Assembly (NCBI GenBank): GCA_002633005.1
Contig: NMRA01000142.1
Span: forward strand, 351,356 to 415,355
Reading direction: 5' to 3'
From: Phoronis australis
Lineage: Eukaryota; Animalia; Phoronida
DNA: 64,000 bases
Part shown: positions 15,101 to 24,100 of the stretch, piece by piece
Position numbering within the stretch: position 1 is the stretch's first letter
Layout of the letters: each line of letters opens with the position of its first letter
Made by a program: the position numbers and the translations under genes
Notes under the pieces: generated by a model
The model's input: only the letters and a program-made list of their open reading frames with translations
The model's database searches: none
Told to the model about the DNA's origin: nothing

Positions 15101-18100
15101 CATTTTTGTATCTTTGCTTCTTTTGTAGTTCTTGATCTCTTTGTCAGTGACCTCTGGATCTTGTTCCTTTCTGGTATGATTGATTTTTGAATGTTCGGAG
15201 TTGTCTTGCGACTTGGCGTTATCTTTCAACGCTAAGGCTTCTAAGCCGTTTTCATCGCCATCCTTGTCAGAGCGTTGCTCCACTGAGTGTTCTTTACATG
15301 TGCTATCAATCTCATCATCTTCACCCTTGTCTTTCAAACTTTTTTTATGTTTCCAAAGTGTAGTTTCTTCAAATTGGATGTCATCATCTTTGTCTTTGAT
15401 AACATTTTCCTTGTTTTTATCGTCTAAATCTTCTTTGAGATTGATTGTCTCTTGACAGCCATCAGTTTCATAAGTGGTCTTAGAATCGTTATTGTATTTC
15501 AGTGTGTCACTCTTGTCTTGTTGGGTAGCAGGAACTCCTGTCTCGTCTTCATGTACAGTATCATCCAAGTTGTCATTGTCTTCTAGCATTGAATCTTTGT
15601 GTGTGGAAAGACCTTGTTCGTTGGTTGTTCTGTCATCTTTGTCATTGGTTTCTTGGCTGTCATTGGATACTTTATTGTTTTTGTCTTGCCGTTCTGAATC
15701 CCTTTCTTGGCTTATTGCATTCTCATAGTCATTGTCTGCAGTTTCTAAACCTTTTTTCTGTGCTTCATTCTCATCAATTAGCTCATAGTTGATGAGCTCT
15801 GTACCTTGTTCGGTTCCCCTCTCATTGGATCTGTTGGTAGTTTCTGGAAATTCTTGCTTGCCATTTTCATTAGATTCTCCAGAATCACACCTTGTATCAT
15901 CAGTCTCATTCTCCTTATCAATAGGCTCTTCATGTCTGGTGATGTCTTCTTCACCTCCATAAATTTTATCTGAATCTTCTTGGTGCGTTTTATGGTCCTC
16001 ATTGTTTTCATCTTTAATGTTTGATCCTACTTTATACCTGGCAATTTTTTCACCATCATGGGCAATGGTGTTTGAGCCTTTTTCCAATTGAATACTATCA
16101 ACTTGATATTCAGCCTCTGAGACTTCTTCATAATTTGTTTTGTTGTTGTCTTCCTTGACTGTGCTGACTGTTTCTTCTTTAGGTCTGCTTGTAGTCTTTT
16201 CTTTGTCCAAGGTTCTTAAATCATCTTCACTGGTGCTATTTTCATTTTTCTCCTGGATGATCTCCGTATCCTCTTGGTTCCTGGTATGGTTCTGTACCTT
16301 TTGATTTAAGTAATCTTCCTGTGACTTGTCGACGTCAGCCTCTTCATCCATAAAGTCACATTTTTCACTGTCACCTTTCTTGTTTTTTGTGACTTCTGAA
16401 CTGCCTTTGATCCTGATAACATTTTCATATTTCTCTGTAGTCTTTGGATCATTTTTGTCTGTGGTCTTTCTATCATCGTCAACTTTGTCAGCCTTTTTCA
16501 AGTCTTTGATCAACCATTTAGAATGTGGTACATTCTGGATTTTCTCATCAACTATGGGCACAATGTCAGATTTTTCATCTTGTGTGCTTTGTTGATCTCC
16601 TCTTTCTGTGACCTGTGAATCATCTGCATATGCGATATTGGCATACTCTTCGGCAGTGTTTTCAGAACCTTCTTTGGCCTCAACCTCTGAATCTTCATGT
16701 GTCATGTCTTTACTGTAGTTCACATCAGATTCTTTTGAGATGTCTTCATACCAGATATGAGCATCACTATCTTCTTCCTTATCTTCTGCAATTTCTCCTA
16801 TGGCTTTAGAACTTTCATTGCATCTGCTGTCATTTGTTGCATACTTGTCACTGGTCTGAGAACCTACACCCACTTTGTCAATTCCATCTTGTTTGCCTTT
16901 CACCTCCGAACTCTGGATGTCATTCATGTCACAAATTGTTGTGGGCTCTGAACCTTCATGCCAGTTAGAATTCTCATTAGATGTTTTCATACCATCTATC
17001 TTGTCTTCTTTCGTGGTATCACTTTGGTCTTCTGTGTGAGTAACTGCCAAGACTTCTTCGTATTTTGAAGTAATGTCCTTTTCATTGCCCTTAGCTTTAA
17101 TTTCATCATCCTTTGTTCCAATATCTTGTTCTTTGTAAGCCTCTTTGTTGCCATTGTCTGAGACCACCAGTTCTGACTTAAGTGACGTATCATTCTCTTT
17201 TTCTGTGTCTGCAATCTCCGAGTCTTCTTCATCATGACAATGCTTGCCATCATATTGGCCTGTTGCCATTGAACCTTCTTCATCTTTGATGTTAATTTCT
17301 TGAATAGCCTTTGAGTCCTCTTGTCTGTAAATAATTTGATAATCTTTCACCATGGTTTCTCTATCTTCATTAGTCTTGTCATGTGCCATCAGATCTGAAC
17401 CTCTTTCAGGGCTTGCGTTTTCGTCAACTTTGTCTACATCTACTGAATGATGTTCGTGCTCTTTTTCAGTCAACGGTGAATCATCTGCATATACAATATC
17501 TTTGTCAGATTTTAAATCTATGGTCTCTGAATCCTCTCGGCCTACTGCAACTAGATGTCCTTGGGTGATGTCATCACAATATTCCATCACAACTGCCTCT
17601 GAACCCTCATGATACCAGGCTTCATGCTCATATTTGTATAGGACCTTTAAACCTTTTTCACTATCTTCCTCTGCCTCGGTACTTGCTATGTTTGAAGTTT
17701 CCTTGGAGCTGCTATCATTCTCTTGTTTTTTATTAGTCTGAGTAACAGTATCTACATTGTCATTGCTATCAAGATCATCTTTCAGGTGAGATTTTGGTAT
17801 TTTCCAAGTTTTGTTATCTTTCCAAGTGCCTTCATCACATGTTTCAGATTGCTCAGAACTTCTAAATGTACCGTGGCTCTCATTGTGATTGTCTTGAGTT
17901 TCAATGCTTTCTTCATTCATCGATTCATGTTCTACATCTTTGTCAGTGGTCTTCCAGGATTCTTCCTGCCTTGCAACATTCTCATTGAAATTTTCTTGGC
18001 CTTTATCAATATCATCATATTTAACGAGAACCTCTGCATGGTTTTGACTTTGAACATTTTCTTGATTTTGGTCCACTGTTTTGGGGCTAAGTTCATAACG

Positions 18101-21100
18101 GTTATCAGTCAAGTGAACTACATTCATGGTAACGGCATTTTCTTTTAACTTGGTAAGATTGTCTTGTTTTGTATCAATGGCCTTTAACGTATCTTCGTAG
18201 TTGCTGTTATTCTTTTCAAGTTGGGTCATTGATGTTGAAGGAGGTTCTAGATTGTTTGTTGTTAAGTGATCTTGGCTCACGGTTTCTAGGACTTCGTCAG
18301 CCGTGGTGTAATTTTTCATATCTGTATCAATCTGCTCTGAAGTAATAGCACACCTTCTGCCGTCAGCTGCATCTGCATAGTCTAAGTCTTCTTCATGCAT
18401 AGTATTAGTCTCTTGTTCGTTTTGTACAGTTCTCGTCTTTTCTTTGTGCAAATTATGGTCACTATACTCATTCTTCACTGATGCTAAACCTTCTTCATAT
18501 TTGGCATCCGTTTCAGCAGGATTGTCTTTACCCATTGAGAGTTGTGTATCACGAACAAAGTCAGATCCCTTTGTGGCTACATCCTTTTCTGTCTTCTCTT
18601 CTTTGTCATTGCTATAGCCAAGCTCTGTATCATAGTCCAATTCTTGTGAATTTTGGTCATGACTGCTGTGACTGCTTTCATCTTGGTAATGGCTGTCACC
18701 CATGTCTTTTTCTTTGTTAGTTTCTGATGAACGTTCTTGACATGTGATATACTGATCATTTTCAATTGGATCTGAAATGTATGCGTAATTAATATCATCA
18801 ACTGCTTTGTTGATGACTTCTGACCCTTCTTGTGCGGTATCATTGTCATACCCTGTATATTCTGGCTTTGCTTCAGAACTTTCATACTTGCCGTTTTCAT
18901 GAGAGTTGTCTTTTTCAACTAGCTTGTCATAGCTGTTCTCATAAGCTTTGTTGATGTTGCGGAATCCATATTGGTGTGTGTTGTCTTTCTCATCATCTTT
19001 TCCCACTGCCTCTCCCAAATCATTGATGCACTTAGCTTCCGAGCTTAGCTTAATGCTGGCAACATTTCCTGTGTCTATGGCACTGATATCTGACTCTTTA
19101 AAGCAGGTGTCAGCATCAGAATTCTTTTTGATGATGTCTTTGGAGCTTCCAAGCCGAGAATCATTGTTGTCAGTTGTTTCTGTAACTATGAGGCTTTCCT
19201 CGTGCTTGATATTTGCGTTGTTATCTTCGTCTGTTGTTTCAGAGTTTTCTCCATCTTTGAAGTTGACCTTTGGAATCTGTCTGGCAATAGCATCACTCTC
19301 ATCGTTGTCAGCATCTTCTGAACCAGTGTCATTCTTAGTGTCATTATTGTGTGAGGCATCAAAGTCTTCTGCTAGTATGGTATCAATGTTGTTGTCTTTG
19401 TTCGTGGTTATTGACCATGCTTGTCCATACCAAGGTTCTTCTACATTATACATGGTCACTGACCGTTGTTGATACATTGTGTTATTTTGTAGGCATTCGT
19501 TCTGCTTAATTTCAACATCAGTTTCTGTTTTGATGGTTTCTGACAATTCTGGTTCATCCTTAGTTTCACGATCCTGCGTTTCATTCATGACATATGACTG
19601 TTCTTCATATCTTGTATCATTGTCGTCTTGATTGTCTTCAACAGTCTTAGCTTCTTCCAGTTTCATTTCCACCTTTGTTCCTGTATGTTGTTTAGCACCG
19701 TCATCATTTTCCCGTTTACCTTCATTTTTATCATGATCGGGCATTAGTTTGGTACATGCTTGTTCTGACTCATCAGTCTTTTTGAGTCTGTTTGTTTGTG
19801 CCACTAAGTCATTACTATTCATCAAATCATTTTTTCTTCCATTATCAGTTTCCAGTTCAGTATAGTCTGCCTCTGTTGATGCTTCATCTGATACTTTAGC
19901 AACAGACTCTTTAATCTTGCTGTCCTCAGTATCTAGGAATGGTAGTTTATCATCTAGAAAAGCAGAGTCTGCTTTAAATATTTCTTGAACTACCTCATCC
20001 TCTAGGTGATGTTTATTTGGCTCGGGCACTATAGTTTCGTGCTCTGTTATGGTTAGTGGCAGGTGCTCTAGTTCTGTTTGTTGCAGATTGTCATGTTCAG
20101 TATGTAAAGTTATGAAGTCCTGCCGATTACGTTGGTCCTGGCTCCTATCAACTGATTGATAACTTTTTGCATCTGGCGGAATTTGTTTGTCATCATTATC
20201 CGATGGTGTTGATATTTTCTTGTCTTCTGTGGACCCAGTTGATGATGATGCTTCATTGATACTTTTACTCTCTGGTTCTGATTCTGCCAACTGGTTGCTG
20301 GGTAACTGGTCGCTGATACTTGCTTGTAATGAAAAACTGTGTGCAGCTCCATCTACTTGAAACTGGTGTGGAGCATCACTTTTTGATGTTGATTCCACCT
20401 GCGCCGCATGGTCATGCTCTAACAATTGTTTATGATCATGCATAGTGTCTTCAGTTGACGTTGGTTCTTGAACTTTTTGTACGGTTTCCCTTTGGCTGTG
20501 GATAGAGTCTCCTGGTACAATTACACAAGTGTCTATCTCATCCTCGATTGCTTGCTCCATGCTACTGTCTTCCATTTCATGTTCGTGAAGTTCTTTCATA
20601 TCGGTTTCCTTGGTGATACTTGGTTTCACTTCCACATGCTCTAAAGCGTCCTCCCTGTTAGATGTCTCTGCTGCACTTTTGCTACCTCCCTCTCTCAGTT
20701 GGTCACTACTAGTCATGTGATAGATAATTTCATCAGTTGTTTCTATATCTAACCTTACACCATTGTTATCATTGCCATGGTTAGCTTCCCACACTTCAGC
20801 CAAAGACTCATTCTCATGTCTGACATTGTCTTGTGTCTTCAATTCATGGTCTCCTAAATCTATGCTTTCATTTGTGGCATTACCTGTCTGTGCTGGAACA
20901 CCGTCTGTTTCAGACTGTAATGATAGGCATGATGCTGCCTGTGATGTCTCTGTTACCATTGGTCGTTTGTCCATGGATTTGTCGTCATTTGTTGGTCGAT
21001 GAAGTACTGGCACTGTACTAAGCATCGTTCCTTGTTCAGGCAGTAAGTCACACCTGTTTACAGATTCAAGTCTAATTGATGGTATTGTGGACCATACAGA

Positions 21101-24100
21101 GATTTCACTTGGTATCTGCATTTTGTCATCTGTAGTACTTTTTGTGGGCGTGATTCCTTTGCGATTAATCTGTGGTTCTTCAAGAATTATCTCATGTTGC
21201 ATTGACTGAATGTATAGGTCTTCCTTCGAGTTAACTGAGACATCTTGGGTTTCACTTGTGCCTCTTATGCCCATGGTCTTGTTCTTGGTTTTTTGTTCAG
21301 CTTCATTTGTTTCCTGAGCTGTAGTGCTGATGTTTTTACCAAAGTGTAATTGGATAAGCTCTTTCTCATCTGTAAGTACCATAGTTCGAGCTCTGCTTTC
21401 GTCTTTCCATGGACTATCCACAGATGTCAGTGTACTTCTAGCCTCTGATCCATGCATTCTTGTTTGGATCCTCTCATTCATTTGCATACTGTCAAATATG
21501 TATTTTGTTCTTCTCTTTGCTATAGTGTGTAGATTCTCCTTGGTTTCTTTGACAACAAGAGGCTCGTCAACGCATGCGTCATCTTCTGCTGTAACATTTA
21601 ACTTCTCCCTGTCTTGAGCTTCTTGCCAATCAGTTCCAGTGATTATTTGGTTGTCTATTCTGTCCACTGGTTGTTGTCTGTTTGATACAGTTTCGTGGTC
21701 TATGTAATTGCTTGTCAGCTGCTTGTCACTTATATCTGTTGTCATCAATTGGGCTGCTGGTGTTCTTTCTGGAGGAAGAATTTGGAATAAATCATTTAAT
21801 GTCTGTGTTGGCCTTGTTATAATGACAGCAGCTACATGTGGTTCATCAACAGCTTGTTCGGCAACCCCGTCAACTTTGATGAAACGTAAACTGACTTCTT
21901 TTCTTGTTACCACATCACTTCTGTCCTTATCTAGTGACTCCAGTGACAATTTCTTCACTGGTGTTGTTTCTTTGTCAGTCCGTTGAAGAGGGCTTTGCTC
22001 ATTCATAACTTCTTGACAGTTACCAATCTTCCTGACCCGATTGTCATCGTCACTTTCCTGATTGTTTTGTCTGACTGTTTCATTCCTTGCACGTGGACCT
22101 AATTCTTGAATTATGTCATGTGTGATTGAATAGTTTATATCAACCGCTGCCTCTTCAGTTTCAAACTTTGTTGGATGTGCTTCTTCTCTTGAATTTTTTT
22201 CATGATCTTCTTCCTGTGGTTCTTGTGATACTTCGTTTTCTGACTCCGGGGTTGGTGTTTTAGACAGAATTTCCAAGTCCGTTATCAGCTGCTCATAGCT
22301 CTGACTTATTTTTGTTGTCTGACCTAAGCTTCCTTTTGGAACCATTCTTTCCTCTAGTTCTAGACTCAGATCTTTTATGTCCAATGGGCTTTTGTCTTTC
22401 CAACATAATTTTGTGTACGGTACAGTCTGACTGCTCAACTGTATTTTGTGGAGCTGAGTTGATGTTGCTTGCGGAAGCGAACTGTCTGATTCACGTCGTG
22501 GTCGATCTCCATTCACTTCAGGAGGACGTTTGATGTCGGGGATGGCGTCTAAACTTCTGTGACCTCTGTGCTTTTTATGCAAAGGTTCCAGCATGTATTT
22601 TACAGTTGTTGATGTAGAAGAAACCCCACCGTCATCTGTCTGTTGCCAATCACCTTTGTGCTTCTTGGGTGACATGTCTGTATTATAGACGTGCTGATTC
22701 ATGATCGTCTGTAGTTGTTGTTTAGACTGCACTACATTTGTTTGGACCACATTTGCATTCCTTATTTTTACTTGTTGATAACTGTTTCTGATATGATGCT
22801 GTTCAACAACTTTCATCTTTTTAGCGTTTTCGTGCTGGATGGGTTGGCTTGGAATTACCTGCTTTCCTACTTTAACTCTAGCGAGATCTTCTGTCCTGCT
22901 TGGACGTTTTTGTTTTGTGTCCTCAACTTGGACTTGCCTTTGTTGATTGCCAATTCGTTCTTCATCTAATACAGACATGGGAATCATGCTTATTCGTTGT
23001 TCTCTGTCTATTGCTTGTGGTTTTTGTTTGCTTTGCTTCTTAGAAAGAAGCATAGTTGATTCATCGTCACCATCGTACATTTGGGAAAATTGCTTTTCAG
23101 AAGTCTTGTACTGAATAGGTGTTGATGTTGTCATTGTGAATGCCTGAGTGTTCAGCTGTTCTTCGAACGCATCATTATCAAAAGCCACTTCCCGTTTAAT
23201 TCCGTGAAGAAAAACTGGATCTTCTCTGATCATCTTTCTTGACGACTTTCGTCTGATGTAGTCTTCTTTTAGCAGTACAGATTTTCTTTGGAGGTAATCA
23301 AAATACGCCTGTTGTTCACTTTCTGAAAATCTGTAACTCTTATTTCTTTCACTTGATTCGTCTTCTAGCTGTACATTATTATCTTTACCTGTGTCTAATT
23401 GGTTAACACATGCTGCACCTGCTAAGTGTGAAATGTGGTAGTATGAACTTCTCTCCACCTCAGACAGCAATAACAGTGGCTGTGGTTTCATTGATTCTGG
23501 TTTCAGTAAAGGTTGGTTTCTCCGCTGCGGAAAATTGTTGACAGAAGATGCAACCTTCATCTTCATTTTCACTGTTTGTTGCATGGACTCTTCTACCTCA
23601 TGCTGGGATTCGTCTGAGTCATCTATGTACAATATGTGTGGGTCAGAGGTCATCTGAACGACAAGTGGCGAATTTGGAGCAACTGTGTGCTCTTGCTTTG
23701 TCATCAAAGGAGTGCACACGTCTAGTGATGGCACGTTGTCATAAGTTTCTGAAAGTGAATATACCTCTATCTTTTGAGAAGAAGGTGTGTCATCGACGTT
23801 GGTCAACATTGTTACATCAGCATCTGTCTCATCATTGTTCATTGTACCGTATGGTTTTCTAAGGCTCGTTTCGTGAGCCGTATGCCAGCAACACAGGGGA
23901 CAACAGTGCTCACGAGGTTGCTTTTGTTTACAGCAACACTTATTAATGAGGTAAATGATAATTAAAAGTGCAATTGCTAAAAGCCAGTTGCCAGCTACTA
24001 TGCCTACTACTAGGTATACTTCATTGTTGGCAGTCAGTGGTCCAGTGGCTCTTCTTACTCGAGATCGTATTTTGCTCGACAGAGTTTTACCAGTTTCCCT

